A stretch of DNA of 64,000 bases from Spirochaetota bacterium (GCA_963664815.2 CAXXHB010000003.1:3168001-3232000), one strand, 5' to 3'; positions 1-11,276 are shown, counted from the first letter of the stretch. Numbers and translations are program-made. Notes: generated by a model from the letters alone, not told the origin.

Positions 1-245
1 GTCTATCAAACCCTTTAAAAGAGTCATTTTGGCTACACTTAAAATAAGGCAATAAAACTCAACTTCAGTTGTTGATACAATAAACCACTAAAATCCGGGA
101 AAATGTTCCCAATATATACTACTTAATCAGTTTTCAATACTGCCTTCTGATTTTATTACCAGATTCAGATGTATTAAACCAATCCGCCCTATTATAATAT
201 ACCCAAAAAGCAGCCACGTCAAGCAGAATGATAAAAGTATTATAA

Positions 246-1151
246 TTAAAAAAAGATATTCAACCCGAATTCCGCTGTATTTTTTATATAACCATCTTCC
301 CCTATTAAAGTGAAAATATCAGATATCTGAAAGAAAAAAGAACTAGAAAAAAAATATTTTCCCCCCACAGATAGTAGAAACGGACTAACCCTGTCCCCCT
401 CAATGCTTATATTCATCAAATCTTCTTTTCCTCTGTACAGTCTTGATGAATAATAAAGCTCTATAAAAAAAACAGATGGATACAATCTTGAAGTTATTGC
501 CCCTGCAGAAATTGATGCATAATCATTTTTAAGACGTTTCCCTTCGAGAAAAGAGCCCTGGTAGAAAGGATTTAAACCTAAACATGATTTATAGGTCTCC
601 CTGTTCAATGGATTTACTCTAAACCCGCTATAGAGATTTTCACCTGATGCCTCCCTGAAAGTATAACCCGGATTTAACAGCAAAATCTCCCGGCTTGAAA
701 CATTGAATGAAAATACCGGAGTAAACTTCAGTTCGCTGTTTCCGAAAGAGAGATTCCGGCACTTTTCATCATTATATGCATTCTGGCCTGTGGGAATTCT
801 CACTACAACACTTAATCCGGTTTCAAAAGCACCATCAAAATAACTTCCCGTGAAATGCCATAAATTGAAAAGAATATCACCAGGTTTGTTCTCTCCTACC
901 TTGAGGGAATCATAATTGATCAGAGAAAAATCAAATCCGATTGAACTATTTGATGGCATACCAAGATTAAATGAATAATTATCTTTTCTGTTCATGCTGT
1001 CAATGTAAATGAATTCCTCTTTCAGCAGCATATCAATTTTATTTTCAGAAGGGGTATAGCAGGTTTTTGTAAGTGGAAGGGATTTAATATCTGAAAAACA
1101 AAACAGCACCATAGCAATGGTGCTGTTCATTATAATAAGAATTTTTTTCAT
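246..1151 (-). CDS. Hypothetical exported/outer-membrane protein
   Basis: 301-aa ORF directly downstream of rplT; N-terminal hydrophobic signal-like segment, C-terminal Phe (GLNIFF). Confidence 0.6.
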   Translation of the reverse strand: MKKILIIMNSTIAMVLFCFSDIKSLPLTKTCYTPSENKIDMLLKEEFIYIDSMNRKDNYSFNLGMPSNSSIGFDFSLINYDSLKVGENKPGDILFNLWHFTGSYFDGAFETGLSVVVRIPTGQNAYNDEKCRNLSFGNSELKFTPVFSFNVSSREILLLNPGYTFREASGENLYSGFRVNPLNRETYKSCLGLNPFYQGSFLEGKRLKNDYASISAGAITSRLYPSVFFIELYYSSRLYRGKEDLMNISIEGDRVSPFLLSVGGKYFFSSSFFFQISDIFTLIGEDGYIKNTAEFGLNIFF

Positions 1152-1167
1152 TCAGATATAATACGGA

Positions 1168-1521
1168 TTATGCTACCTTTTTTACATTTTCAACTATTTT
1201 TCTGAAAGCATCCATATCTCTAACAGCAATCTCTGCAAGCATTTTTCTGTTGATATCTACTTTGTTATCTTTTAATGCTCCAATCAGTTTACTATATGAT
1301 GTACCGCATGCTCTCGCTGCCGCATTTATTCTCATTATCCATAAAGAACGGAAATCTCTTTTCTTCAATCTTCTGTGTTTATATGAATTCTGAAGCGCTC
1401 TTCTCCTTGCATCTTTAGCTGTTCTGAAAAGTTTACTTCTTGCACCTCTGAACCCTTTAGTATCTTTAAGAACTCTTCTTTTTCTCTTCTGATGGATTCT
1501 TCCTGTTGTAGCTCTGGCCAT
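1168..1521 (-). CDS. rplT: 50S ribosomal protein L20
   Basis: MARAT...KGFRGARS...RDFRSLWIMRINAAAR...INRKMLAEIAV motifs; order infC-rpmI-rplT. Confidence 0.98.
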   Translation of the reverse strand: MARATTGRIHQKRKRRVLKDTKGFRGARSKLFRTAKDARRRALQNSYKHRRLKKRDFRSLWIMRINAAARACGTSYSKLIGALKDNKVDINRKMLAEIAVRDMDAFRKIVENVKKVA

Positions 1522-1554
1522 TTTTACCCTCTTCTTTAATTACTGAAAATATTA

Positions 1555-1752
1555 TTATGCGTATGGGAGCATTCTCTTGACTTTTGCAGCTTCCGCTTCT
1601 GATGCCACAGTTGTGCCCCTCAGCCGTCTTTTCTGTTTTGGTGATTTATGTTCAAGAATGTGGCGGGCATAAGCATGAGCACATTTCACCTTTCCATTTT
1701 TCGTTATAGAAAATCTTTTTTTTGCACCGCTGTTGCTTTTAATCTTAGGCAT
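1555..1752 (-). CDS. rpmI: 50S ribosomal protein L35
   Basis: MPKIKSNSGAKKRF...HILEHKSPKQKRRLR; synteny. Confidence 0.98.
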   Translation of the reverse strand: MPKIKSNSGAKKRFSITKNGKVKCAHAYARHILEHKSPKQKRRLRGTTVASEAEAAKVKRMLPYA

Positions 1753-1811
1753 ATCGTTTCCCCTTATTCATCCTTAATTGTCATAGTTTCAGTTTATATA
1801 TATCAGCATCT

Positions 1812-2357
1812 TTACTTGGAAACCGGCGTCATATACATTGTTATATTTCTCCCTTCCTGGATAGGTTTTTTTTCAACAACACCAACATCTTTCAATACTT
1901 CCAGAACCTTTTCCATTACCTCAAAACCGAGTTCAGGATGAACCATTTCTCTGCCCCTGAACATCAATGTAAACTTTACCTTATCCCCCTTTTCAAGAAA
2001 ATCTTTCGCCCTGTTTACTTTGTGTGTGAAATCATTATCATCAATGGCCGGTCTCATCTTTATTTCTTTAACATGAACGACCTTCTGTTTTTTCTTTGCC
2101 TCTTTGGCTTTTTTTACCTGGTCAAATTTGAACTTACTGTAATCTACAATCCTTACTACCGGAAGCTCCTGGTTTGCGGTAATCTCAACAAGGTCTAAAT
2201 TTTTCTCCCTGGCAATTGCAAGAGCCGCACTTACTGAAATTATTACGGGCTCACCCTCTTCTCCAACCAGTCTGACATTATCAGCAATAATTTCTTCATT
2301 TACCCTGAATTTGTCAAATTTATCCTTGCCGGCACCCTTACCTTTATTCTGCAAAAT
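1812..2357 (-). CDS. infC: Translation initiation factor IF-3 (probable ATT start at 2357)
   Basis: RVNEEI...VRLV...LDLVEI...DYSKFKF...KEIKMRP...GDKVK motifs; GGGGGTG RBS lies 5 nt before an in-frame ATT. Confidence 0.97.
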   Translation of the reverse strand: MLQNKGKGAGKDKFDKFRVNEEIIADNVRLVGEEGEPVIISVSAALAIAREKNLDLVEITANQELPVVRIVDYSKFKFDQVKKAKEAKKKQKVVHVKEIKMRPAIDDNDFTHKVNRAKDFLEKGDKVKFTLMFRGREMVHPELGFEVMEKVLEVLKDVGVVEKKPIQEGRNITMYMTPVSK

Positions 2358-2613
2358 TGTCACACCCCCGGAAAATAAAAATATCTTTAAAGTCAGAATG
2401 AATGAACAGTAGTATTAAAATCAATAAAAAATTCATTCCGTGAGATATTTTTTCGGTATTTGGACAATAATTATACAGTTTGACTGTTTATGGCAGTCAA
2501 CTCATGAAATCGGAACCTCATAAATCCCCTTTGACTTCACCATCATTTATAGATCGGGTGTCGCATGATTAATAGAGGGGAGAGGGGAAATTTCATAATA
2601 AATATAGTTATTT

Positions 2614-4533
2614 TTATCTTTTATTAACTATATCCTCCTTTAAAAGCTTATAAAACTCATCCAGTTTCATTGTTACAGAATCTTTTTCACCCCGCTTCCT
2701 TACAGAAACCGAACCGTTTTCAACCTCATTTTTACCGAAGACGCAAACATAGGGGGCTTTCTGTGAAACAGCTTCACGTATTTTATATCCCATTGATTCA
2801 TTACGAATATCGACATGTGGACGGAGTTCCATATCTATCATATCAGATTTTACTCTGTTTACAAATTCCACCTGCTCTTCCGAAACATTGATTAAAATAG
2901 CCTGTACTGGAGCAATCCATGCGGGAAACCTCCCTGCGTAATGCTCTACAAGTATCCCCACAAACCTTTCTATTGAACCAAGGAGTGCACGGTGAACCAT
3001 ATATGGCCTGTGTTTCTGGCCGTCTTCTCCAACATAATACATATCGAATCTTTCCGGCATGTTAAAATCAAACTGAATTGTTGTCATCTGCCATTCACGG
3101 CCAATTGCATCACGGACTTTGAGATCAATTTTCGGTCCATAAAATGCTCCACCACCTTCATCCATTTCAACTTTAAGGTTAGCAGATTCAATGGCTTTTC
3201 TGAGAGATTCCTGAGCTGTTTCCCATCTCGATGCCTCGCCTACGCTCCCTTCAGGCTTTGTTGCAAGGTAGGCCTTTATATCTGTGAAACCGAGTGTCTT
3301 CCACATCCAGAGCGAAAATCGCAGTACTTCTTTCACTTCATCTTCTATTTGTTCAGGAGTACAGAATATATGAGCATCATCCTGTGTGAATCCCCTTACA
3401 CGGAGAAGACCGTGAAGCACTCCTGATTTTTCATATCTGTAAACTGTTCCAAGCTCCGCCCATCGAAGAGGGAGATCCCTGTATGAATGAAGCGATGTCT
3501 GATATATCTTTATATGGAACGGGCAGTTCATCGGCTTTATATAGTAATCCTGCTCGTCAATCTCCATGGGTGAATACATGTTCTGTTTGTAAAATCCAAG
3601 GTGGCCGGAGGTTTCCCACAAATGAGCTCGCCCGATATGTGGAGTATAGAGAATATCATAACCATTTTTAAAATGCTCTTTCCTCCACCACTCTTCAAGT
3701 ACATTTCTAAGCCTTGCACCGTTAGGGTGCCAGTAGACCAGCCCCCCTCCTACATCTTCATGAGTGCTGAAAAGATCGAGTTCCTTTCCAAGCTTACGGT
3801 GATCTCTCTTTTTCACCTCTTCGAGAAATTCCAGGTGTTTGTTGAGAGCCTTCTGGTCCGTGAACGCTATTCCGTATATACGCTGAAGCATTTTATTCTT
3901 CTCATCACCGCGCCAGTACGCGCCGGCTATTGAGAGAAGTTTGACTGATTTTAAAATTTCAGTATTCATAACATGCGGCCCGCGGCAGAGATCGGCGAAC
4001 TCTCCCTGCCGGTAAAGCGAAACGTTCCCCTCCGGGAGATCGTTAAGCAGCTCAATCTTATATACTTCATTTATTTTTGTAAAATAATTTAATGCATCAG
4101 AACGTGACATCTCTTCTCTTTTAATATCAAGCTTCTCTTCCACTATTTTTATCATCTCTGCTTCAATAGCAGTGAGGTCTTCAGGAACGAGTGATTTCTT
4201 CATATCTATGTCATAATAAAAACCGTTATCTATCGCTGGTCCAATTGCAAATTTTGCATCGGGAAAAAGCCGCTTAACAGCCTGGGCCATCAGATGAGAG
4301 GCAGAATGCCAGAAGATGTTCTTCCCTTTCTCTGAATCAAATGTTATTATGTTTATTTCACTATCGCTGTTAACCGGGGTTGAAAGATCAACAGCAATAC
4401 CATTAATCTCAGCAGCAAGAGCGGCCTTCTGAAGCCCTTTACCTATCTGACCGGTAAAATCATACAAAGTAGTCCCTTTTTCAACTTCTCTTACGCTTTT
4501 ATCAGGTAGTATTACTTTAATCATATTGCTCAC
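2614..4533 (-). CDS. thrS: Threonine--tRNA ligase
   Basis: TGS domain, HSASHLMAQA, DLCRGPH, RDHRKLG, KPMNCP, RVRGFTQDDAH, FYGPKID. Confidence 0.99.
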   Translation of the reverse strand: MSNMIKVILPDKSVREVEKGTTLYDFTGQIGKGLQKAALAAEINGIAVDLSTPVNSDSEINIITFDSEKGKNIFWHSASHLMAQAVKRLFPDAKFAIGPAIDNGFYYDIDMKKSLVPEDLTAIEAEMIKIVEEKLDIKREEMSRSDALNYFTKINEVYKIELLNDLPEGNVSLYRQGEFADLCRGPHVMNTEILKSVKLLSIAGAYWRGDEKNKMLQRIYGIAFTDQKALNKHLEFLEEVKKRDHRKLGKELDLFSTHEDVGGGLVYWHPNGARLRNVLEEWWRKEHFKNGYDILYTPHIGRAHLWETSGHLGFYKQNMYSPMEIDEQDYYIKPMNCPFHIKIYQTSLHSYRDLPLRWAELGTVYRYEKSGVLHGLLRVRGFTQDDAHIFCTPEQIEDEVKEVLRFSLWMWKTLGFTDIKAYLATKPEGSVGEASRWETAQESLRKAIESANLKVEMDEGGGAFYGPKIDLKVRDAIGREWQMTTIQFDFNMPERFDMYYVGEDGQKHRPYMVHRALLGSIERFVGILVEHYAGRFPAWIAPVQAILINVSEEQVEFVNRVKSDMIDMELRPHVDIRNESMGYKIREAVSQKAPYVCVFGKNEVENGSVSVRKRGEKDSVTMKLDEFYKLLKEDIVNKR

Positions 4534-4603
4534 TTGAGTGTCTCCAGGTGTAAATTTGCTTTTCTGCAGGATTACCTATTTTAAAATGTCAGTGAAGGAA
4601 CTC

Positions 4604-4677
4604 TGGGTGATACTGGAATCGAACCAGTGACCTCCTGCATGTCGAGCAGGCACTCTAACCAGCTGAGCTAATCACCC
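4604..4677 (-). tRNA. tRNA-Val(GAC), CCA not encoded
   Basis: Minus strand GGGTGATTAGCTCAGCTGGTTAGAGTG-CCTGC-TC GAC AT-GCAGG-AGGTCACTGGTTCGATTCCAGTATCACCCA folds as a cloverleaf. Confidence 0.97.
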
Positions 4678-4997
4678 TATTCTGCTGAATATTGAATCAA
4701 TATTTTCAGGAGAAGTTCATTGTCAACTTTTTTTTAAAGAAAACATTACAGCCTTCTTTCATATGCTCAAAAACTCTCCCGGATTATCCAATACTGGATT
4801 TATATATAATTTGTTAAGAATCGCAACACCCTGCAAGTCTTTTTCAGGATATGCTGCGATATTTTACCACAGCATAAAGCATAAAAAGAATGACTGAGTT
4901 TCTTTTGAAATCCATTAAGGACAGACAATATTGCAGAAGTTATCTGTTTTGAAGATTCAGAGGATTATAGAACCGATAAATGTATAGAATACTTAAA

Positions 4998-5027
4998 GCC
5001 GGAGAGATTCGAATGAATCTCTCCGGC
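4998..5027. terminator. Intrinsic terminator-like hairpin downstream of the Spy/CpxP-like gene
   Basis: Perfect 13-bp stem GCCGGAGAGATTC/GAATCTCTCCGGC with 4-nt loop. Confidence 0.7.
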
Positions 5028-5072
5028 ATGTCTTTTTAAAAAATTTTCCGTTTTGTCATTTTTATATATTTC

Positions 5073-5561
5073 TTACTTTTCCCATATGCCCTCAATACGG
5101 CGTTTATTATGCTGCTCAAGCATTTCAGCTAATTTATCTCTCTGCTTAGAAGTTAACATCTTATGGAATTCAACAAATTGATCTATAAGTAAATCTCTGA
5201 ATTCTTTATTAGCTGCCTCCCTTGCTTCTTTCTTCTTCAACAGAAGTTCAGTCAGCCTTGTTTTATCAATTTTATCACTCCTGATATAATTAATTACTTC
5301 AGCATTTGACGGCGGCTGTTCATCCTTCTGTAATTTTTTCTTTTGAACAATCCGGGATTTGATATCATCCAGTTTTGCCTTCTGTACATCAGTTAACGAC
5401 AGTTTCTTTGTTATTTCATCCGCAACCTTGTCTGCCCTTTTTTCAAAACTGACTTTTTTATGGCCACCTTCACTATTTGCAGCGAAAAGCCCGGCAGAAA
5501 AAAGGGTCATGAGCACAATTGATAAAACTGATTTTGAAAAAAATAAACGGATCACTTTCAT
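5073..5561 (-). CDS. Spy/CpxP-family periplasmic protein
   Basis: Signal peptide plus two LTxxQ motifs (LTDVQ, LTSKQ), helical and Lys-rich. Confidence 0.75.
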   Translation of the reverse strand: MKVIRLFFSKSVLSIVLMTLFSAGLFAANSEGGHKKVSFEKRADKVADEITKKLSLTDVQKAKLDDIKSRIVQKKKLQKDEQPPSNAEVINYIRSDKIDKTRLTELLLKKKEAREAANKEFRDLLIDQFVEFHKMLTSKQRDKLAEMLEQHNKRRIEGIWEK

Positions 5562-5688
5562 TTTAATCTCCTTATTTTATTATTAATCAGTTAACCTCAG
5601 ATATGGGAGTTCGGTTCCAAAAAAAATTATAAACTGTAATAGAAATTAAACCTTTCACATGGAATAAAAAATCCGCCGTCTTTTGTAA

Positions 5689-7539
5689 TTATAAATCATT
5701 TATTGTAAACACTGCCATGAATCCATTCAGTTCCTGAGCCTGGTTTGCCATCTCCTCGCTTGCTGCGGCGGTCTCTTCCACAAGCGCGGCATTCTGCTGA
5801 GTCATTGAATCCAGTTCAGAAACAGCTTTATTTATCTGGTTTATACCCTGCTTTTGTTCATTACTTGCCGATGCCATCTCTGATATCAATCGGCTGACTT
5901 TTTTTACAGACTCAATTATTTCAGTAAGAGACTGACCGCTCAAATTGGCCTGCTGTGTTCCATAACCGATTTTTTCGCCCGATTCTTTGATAAGTGAACT
6001 TATCTCTTTTGCCGCATTTCCTGATCTCTGTGCCAGATTTCTAACCTCTCCCGCAACAACGGCAAAACCTCTCCCCTGCTCACCGGCGCGTGCGGCCTCT
6101 ACGGCAGCATTCAGAGCCAGAAGATTTGTCTGAAACGCTATATCATTTATGACAGTAATTATCTCACTGATTTTTTTACTGAATTCATAAATCTCATTAA
6201 TGGAATCCACTGCACCGGAAACCATATTGCCGCCGCTCACAGCCATGTCAGCAGACTTTTGAGCCAGATTATTTGCTTCTATCGAATTGTCGGCATTCAG
6301 ATTAATATTCTGTGCAGTCTCTTCAATGGTTGAAGCTATCTCTTCCAATGCTGCAGCCTGTTCGCTTGTCCGCTGCGACAGATTCTGATTCCCGCTTGCA
6401 ATTTCCTGTACCGCCTGTGTCAGGTTCTGGGATGACATTTTTATATTAAATATTAATTTCTCAAACTGATCAAGAGCATTGTTCATGCCGGATGCAATTT
6501 CACTTATTTCATCGCCGGAATTCTTACCGGTATACCTTATATTCAGCTTACCCATAGCCATAGCGTTCATGACATTTTTACATTCTTCAAGCGGATTAAG
6601 CCTTTTAGCTATGACATAATAAATGATTCCTCCGAACACAAAAATTCCTGCAATACCTACCAGTATCATTATAACAGCCATCTCGTTGACCTTTTCATTT
6701 ATATCTGAAACATAAATTGTAACACATGTAATAAACTTATACTTATCATTTCTCAGATAAGAAAGGATTTTCGGTTTACCCTGAAAGCTGTATTCAATAA
6801 CATCGCTCTCCATTTTTTTTTCAAAAATCTTTTTTCCCCATTCCTCTTTGCTCATATCAAGTTTGTATATAAATTCACTTTTAGGATGGGCGAAAACCAA
6901 TCCTTTAAGTGTGGTAATAAATGGATATCCCGTTTTACCAATCAGAGTATTACCCACAAGGTTGTTTGAAAATGTTCCTATATCGCATGCCAGCCCCATA
7001 ATGCCCCTTACTTTACCGTTAATTACTATCGGATTGGTTATAAGAACAACCCCTTTACCATTAATCGGGGATTTATATGGTTCACTTATATGAATATTGC
7101 CTTTAAGCGCTTCATTAAGATTGTCATCAAAACCTGTTCCCTTCCAGTGCAATCCTACAGATTTCCCCCCCATGCCGTCCGCCACAAGCACGGCATCATC
7201 CTCAGCGGTTGAAATAAAGACATTTTCATATAGTTTAATTTCATTAAAATAAGTTGTCATCATATCCGTGGCAACCCCATATTTACCGGAAGCAACAGCC
7301 TCTTTTATATCTTTTGACGCAGCCAGATACCGGCAGTTGTTCATCTGTTGTTCATAGAAATTAACAAGCTGTCTGCTGAAATCGCTGTTAAAATTGCTGA
7401 GCTGATTGAGATACGAGATTTTAACAGCATTGTATGCTATTAAGTATGAACCGGCAATAAGTGAAACAGTTAAAATTATTATAATGCAGGCTACCGTTAA
7501 AGAAAGCACAACTTTAAGACTTTTCATATTGATATTCAT
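5689..7539 (-). CDS. Methyl-accepting chemotaxis protein (Cache sensor, HAMP, MCP signal)
   Basis: Two TM segments; [40 protein letters not shown]. Confidence 0.97.
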   Translation of the reverse strand: MNINMKSLKVVLSLTVACIIIILTVSLIAGSYLIAYNAVKISYLNQLSNFNSDFSRQLVNFYEQQMNNCRYLAASKDIKEAVASGKYGVATDMMTTYFNEIKLYENVFISTAEDDAVLVADGMGGKSVGLHWKGTGFDDNLNEALKGNIHISEPYKSPINGKGVVLITNPIVINGKVRGIMGLACDIGTFSNNLVGNTLIGKTGYPFITTLKGLVFAHPKSEFIYKLDMSKEEWGKKIFEKKMESDVIEYSFQGKPKILSYLRNDKYKFITCVTIYVSDINEKVNEMAVIMILVGIAGIFVFGGIIYYVIAKRLNPLEECKNVMNAMAMGKLNIRYTGKNSGDEISEIASGMNNALDQFEKLIFNIKMSSQNLTQAVQEIASGNQNLSQRTSEQAAALEEIASTIEETAQNINLNADNSIEANNLAQKSADMAVSGGNMVSGAVDSINEIYEFSKKISEIITVINDIAFQTNLLALNAAVEAARAGEQGRGFAVVAGEVRNLAQRSGNAAKEISSLIKESGEKIGYGTQQANLSGQSLTEIIESVKKVSRLISEMASASNEQKQGINQINKAVSELDSMTQQNAALVEETAAASEEMANQAQELNGFMAVFTINDL

Positions 7540-7809
7540 CTGATTTAACCCCTACTTCAGTTCTGTTGTATTATTGAATCAATAATAGCTGTTTTTTTTG
7601 TCAGAATCAAATTTTCATCAGATTCATTTGTCTTTGCTGTTCTTATATTTTTTTTATTGCATGATAAGTCATTCCGGGGAAATTGCAGATAAAATAGGGT
7701 TATTTGATATTTATAAATTATTGTTTATTAAATAAAAAAACTTACTGAAAACATTGACGTGCTGATCATATTTTAGTATATTATTAAATATTAAATCTTA
7801 CAACCCGAG

Positions 7810-7998
7810 GTGAATATAATGTGGGCAATACCTGATAAATATATAACTAAATGCTACCTGAAAGATACCGGTGAGCTTGTAACTGAACATGTCTATGAGG
7901 CAATAAATAAAGACGAAGCAGAAACGCGGGCTTTTCTTAATTGCATAATAGCCAACAACAGAAAAACTAATGTACGTGTAGATGTAAAAAAACTGTAA
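7810..7998 (+). CDS. Small hypothetical protein
   Basis: 62-aa ORF with GAGG RBS, upstream TTGACG promoter-like box and downstream terminator. Confidence 0.55.
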   Translation: MNIMWAIPDKYITKCYLKDTGELVTEHVYEAINKDEAETRAFLNCIIANNRKTNVRVDVKKL

Positions 7999-8031
7999 AA
8001 GAAATATAGTGTATTACTTTCATTCTATTAT

Positions 8032-8076
8032 TCTATCCGGAAAATAAAAATTTTATTTCCCGGATAGAGTTTTTTT
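8032..8076 (+). terminator. Rho-independent terminator
   Basis: TCTATCCGGAAAATAAAA / TTTTATTTCCCGGATAGA stem followed by a T run. Confidence 0.75.
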
Positions 8077-8172
8077 ATAATATAAAGAGGTTTAACAATT
8101 CCGTAAAAAATAAAAAAGATTGATATATGTTTCCAGGTATTTCAGACTAAATTACTTACATATAAGGAAATA

Positions 8173-8835
8173 ATGATGTGCGGAAGATTTGCCCTTTCTA
8201 TTCCTTTAAATAAAATAGCCGAATATTTTCAGGCCATCAATACAAGCAACCTCCAGGCAAGTTATAATATTGCTCCCGGCCAGGAAATTGCAGCTGTCAT
8301 AAATGATACCTGCAGAAAAATAATTAATCTTAAATGGGGATTTATACCTACATGGGCAAAAGACCCGGCTATTGGCTATAGAATGATTAATGCAAAATCG
8401 GAAACTCTGGCTGAAAAACCGAGTTTCAGGGAGGCTCTGAAAAAACGGAGGTGCATTATACCTGCAACCGGTTTTTTCGAATGGAATAAATCGGGTAAGG
8501 AAAAAACTCCCTTCTATATTCACATGAAAGATGATTCTTTTTTCTCTTTTGCCGGATTATATGAATACTGGCAGGACCGGGAAGGTAAAACTTTATCCAC
8601 CTGCACCATAATAACAACCTGTTCCAACACGTTAATCAATACTATTCATAACAGGATGCCTGTTATTTTATCAGAGGAACAGGCCCTTTCGTGGATCGAT
8701 ATGTCTTTAGACATATCCGATGTTCTCCCTTTATTAATACCATATAACCCTGATGAGATCCTGATGGAGGAGGTATCCCTGCTTGTAAATTCACCGCGAA
8801 ATAATTCTCCTGAATGCATAAAATCTGTAAAATAA
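8173..8835 (+). CDS. SOS response-associated peptidase (SRAP/YedK/HMCES family)
   Basis: N-terminal MCGRF, YNIAPGQ, GFFEW, IHNRMPVIL. Confidence 0.95.
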   Translation: MMCGRFALSIPLNKIAEYFQAINTSNLQASYNIAPGQEIAAVINDTCRKIINLKWGFIPTWAKDPAIGYRMINAKSETLAEKPSFREALKKRRCIIPATGFFEWNKSGKEKTPFYIHMKDDSFFSFAGLYEYWQDREGKTLSTCTIITTCSNTLINTIHNRMPVILSEEQALSWIDMSLDISDVLPLLIPYNPDEILMEEVSLLVNSPRNNSPECIKSVK

Positions 8836-8896
8836 TACTAAACATTTGTTGACTATTACAATATATAATAATATCCTGCCTGTATGAGGTATTATT

Positions 8897-9325
8897 ATGC
8901 TGCATGTAATAAAAATAGCCGGACTGAAAGCTGTAACGGGCTTCAAGTTGCCATTTTTCGTTCAATCAGTCCAGGCCGGTTTTCCGTCTCCTGCTGATGA
9001 CTATATTGAAAAGCAGCTGGATTTCAACGAATTGCTTATACAGCATCCGGCAGCAACATTCTGCGTCAGGGTTTCCGGAGATTCCATGATTAATGCGGGA
9101 ATTTCTGCAGGAGATATCCTTGTTGTCGATAAAGCATTGATTCCAAAAAATAATTCCATCGTAATAGCCATTCTTAACGGAGAGTTCACGGTGAAGAGAA
9201 TACAGTTTAATCATAACCAGGTATTGTTAATTCCGGAAAACCCTGCCTTCAGCCCGGTGATTGTGAGCAATGATAGCTTTGAAGTATGGGGTGTTGTAAC
9301 ATATGTCATCCATAAAGCCAGATAA
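8897..9325 (+). CDS. umuD: DNA polymerase V subunit UmuD (S24 peptidase)
   Basis: VQAGFPSPADDY cleavage motif, RVSGDSM, FTVKR. Confidence 0.93.
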   Translation: MLHVIKIAGLKAVTGFKLPFFVQSVQAGFPSPADDYIEKQLDFNELLIQHPAATFCVRVSGDSMINAGISAGDILVVDKALIPKNNSIVIAILNGEFTVKRIQFNHNQVLLIPENPAFSPVIVSNDSFEVWGVVTYVIHKAR

Positions 9326-10583
9326 CGTTGTGGCAATTGTTGACTGCAACTCCTTCTATGCCTCATGTGAAAAAGTATTTAATCCTCAACTCAACAATAG
9401 GCCTGTTGTTGTCCTCAGCAATAATGACGGCTGTGTTGTAGCCTGTTCACAGGAGGCAAAAAATCTCGGCATAAAGATTGGAACTCCGGTATTTAAATGT
9501 GAGAGATTACTGAAAATACATGGCGGAGAAATTTTCTCTTCAAATTACACCCTGTACGGAGACATGTCAAAAAGGGTTATGGAGATACTTTCCGGATTCA
9601 GCCCTGACATGGAAATCTACTCAATTGATGAGGCCTTCCTGTCCCTTGAAGGGATGGCACATTTTGACCTGTCGGAATACGGTAAAGAGATAATATCCAC
9701 TGTGAAACAGTGGACCGGGTTACCTGTATCAGTAGGGATTGCGGAGACTAAAACTCTGGCTAAAATCGGCAACAGATTCAGCAAACGCGATCCGAGTCTT
9801 AATGGCGTCTGCAATCTTGTAAATAACAGTCACATAGAATATATTCTTGAAGGTACCGATGTAAGCGACGTATGGGGAGTAGGCGATCAATATACAAAAC
9901 GCCTGAAACAATACGGGATAACCAATGCACTGCAGCTCAGAGATGCCGATGAAAAATGGATAAAAAATAAAATGACTATTACCGGATTAAGAACCGTAAT
10001 GGAATTACGCGGAAAGCCATGTATCGGGCTTGAGGAAGCCCCGCTGACAAAAAAAGGAATTATGAGCTCCAAATCCTTCGGCAAACCGGTAGAGTCTTTA
10101 GATGAGATGATGGAAGCCATTTCCGTCTATACTTCTGTCGCGGCTGTAAAACTCAGGAGGCAGAGATCAGTTACCCCGGTTATAACCGTATTTATTATGA
10201 CAGACCGGTTCAGGAAAGATCAGCCGCAATATGGCAATTCATGCACAATAAGGCTCCCGGAAGCAACGTCGTATACTCCTGACCTTATTCGTTTTGCACG
10301 GCAGGGTATTGAAAGTATTTACTGCACCGGTTATCTTTACAAAAAATCCGGAGTTTTCTTCGGTGATATATTCTCAGAAGATGACTTTCAGCCTGACCTG
10401 TTTGCCGGAGGCAGCATGCATAAAATCCCTCTTATGCATGCTATCGATAAAATTAATAAAAAATATGGTGCGACTACAATCCGAACAGCTGCCGAAGGAA
10501 TCAATAACCCCTGGCAAATGAAAAGAGGCAGACTATCAAAAAAATATACTACACGATGGGATGAGCTGCTGAATATTTCATGA
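9303..10583 (+). CDS. umuC: Y-family DNA polymerase V subunit UmuC
   Basis: DCNSFYASCE, VVLSNNDGCVVA, YSIDEAFL, TKTLAK, C-terminal YTTRWDEL. Confidence 0.95.
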   Translation: MSSIKPDNVVAIVDCNSFYASCEKVFNPQLNNRPVVVLSNNDGCVVACSQEAKNLGIKIGTPVFKCERLLKIHGGEIFSSNYTLYGDMSKRVMEILSGFSPDMEIYSIDEAFLSLEGMAHFDLSEYGKEIISTVKQWTGLPVSVGIAETKTLAKIGNRFSKRDPSLNGVCNLVNNSHIEYILEGTDVSDVWGVGDQYTKRLKQYGITNALQLRDADEKWIKNKMTITGLRTVMELRGKPCIGLEEAPLTKKGIMSSKSFGKPVESLDEMMEAISVYTSVAAVKLRRQRSVTPVITVFIMTDRFRKDQPQYGNSCTIRLPEATSYTPDLIRFARQGIESIYCTGYLYKKSGVFFGDIFSEDDFQPDLFAGGSMHKIPLMHAIDKINKKYGATTIRTAAEGINNPWQMKRGRLSKKYTTRWDELLNIS

Positions 10584-11276
10584 CTTGCGTATTCCATCGA
10601 CGTTTTTATTCATTGAATGCCTGATAATATTCCTGTAAAAGAAACGCTTGATAACATTTATATTCTGACTGTGTTTTATGAAGAAAGAATCGGGATCATC
10701 GAATATTCCCAGGTCTTTTTTTATTCCATCTTTCTGTATGTAGGTATCATTCTCATCCCAATGAACAGGGGGACTGGAAAAATTGTCAGTTGCAACTCCG
10801 TACCCGCAAAAATTACCCCTGCACTCCCTGAAGCTGCTCTGTAAAGCGGATAGGTATTCCATATCGAGAATAAAACCCTCAATATTTAACCAATTGTTAT
10901 TATAGTAAATTTCAACCCAGCTGTGCACAAGTTCAGCTGGAGTAATAGCATACCAGAAACCTGTAATAGCCCCTTTCTGCAATACTTTGTCAATAGTAAA
11001 TCCGTGAAAACGGCAGGGAATGCCAACTCCCCTCAGCAGGGTCATAAAGAGTATCCCCTTGGTATTACATTGCCCGTACCCGTCATTGAGTATAACTGAT
11101 GCGGGGATTTTATCATCGGTATTATATCCGAATTTAATATCATCCCGGACATAATTGTAAATACTCAGAATTCTGTCTTTCTCAGATAAGTTTTTCCAGC
11201 CTTTGTTATGAATCAGGCTTTGAATTGAATTATCATTATAATTCAACAGCCCGGTTTCTTTAAGATAATTATTCAT
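10578..11276 (-). CDS. Transglutaminase-like protein
   Basis: GYGQCNTK catalytic Cys, HSWVEIY. Confidence 0.85.
   Translation of the reverse strand: MNNYLKETGLLNYNDNSIQSLIHNKGWKNLSEKDRILSIYNYVRDDIKFGYNTDDKIPASVILNDGYGQCNTKGILFMTLLRGVGIPCRFHGFTIDKVLQKGAITGFWYAITPAELVHSWVEIYYNNNWLNIEGFILDMEYLSALQSSFRECRGNFCGYGVATDNFSSPPVHWDENDTYIQKDGIKKDLGIFDDPDSFFIKHSQNINVIKRFFYRNIIRHSMNKNVDGIRKS

Noticed and set aside
4604-4677. tRNA-Val as the island integration site
   Set aside because: I saw no duplicated tRNA 3' end and no integrase; the 3' side leads directly to thrS.
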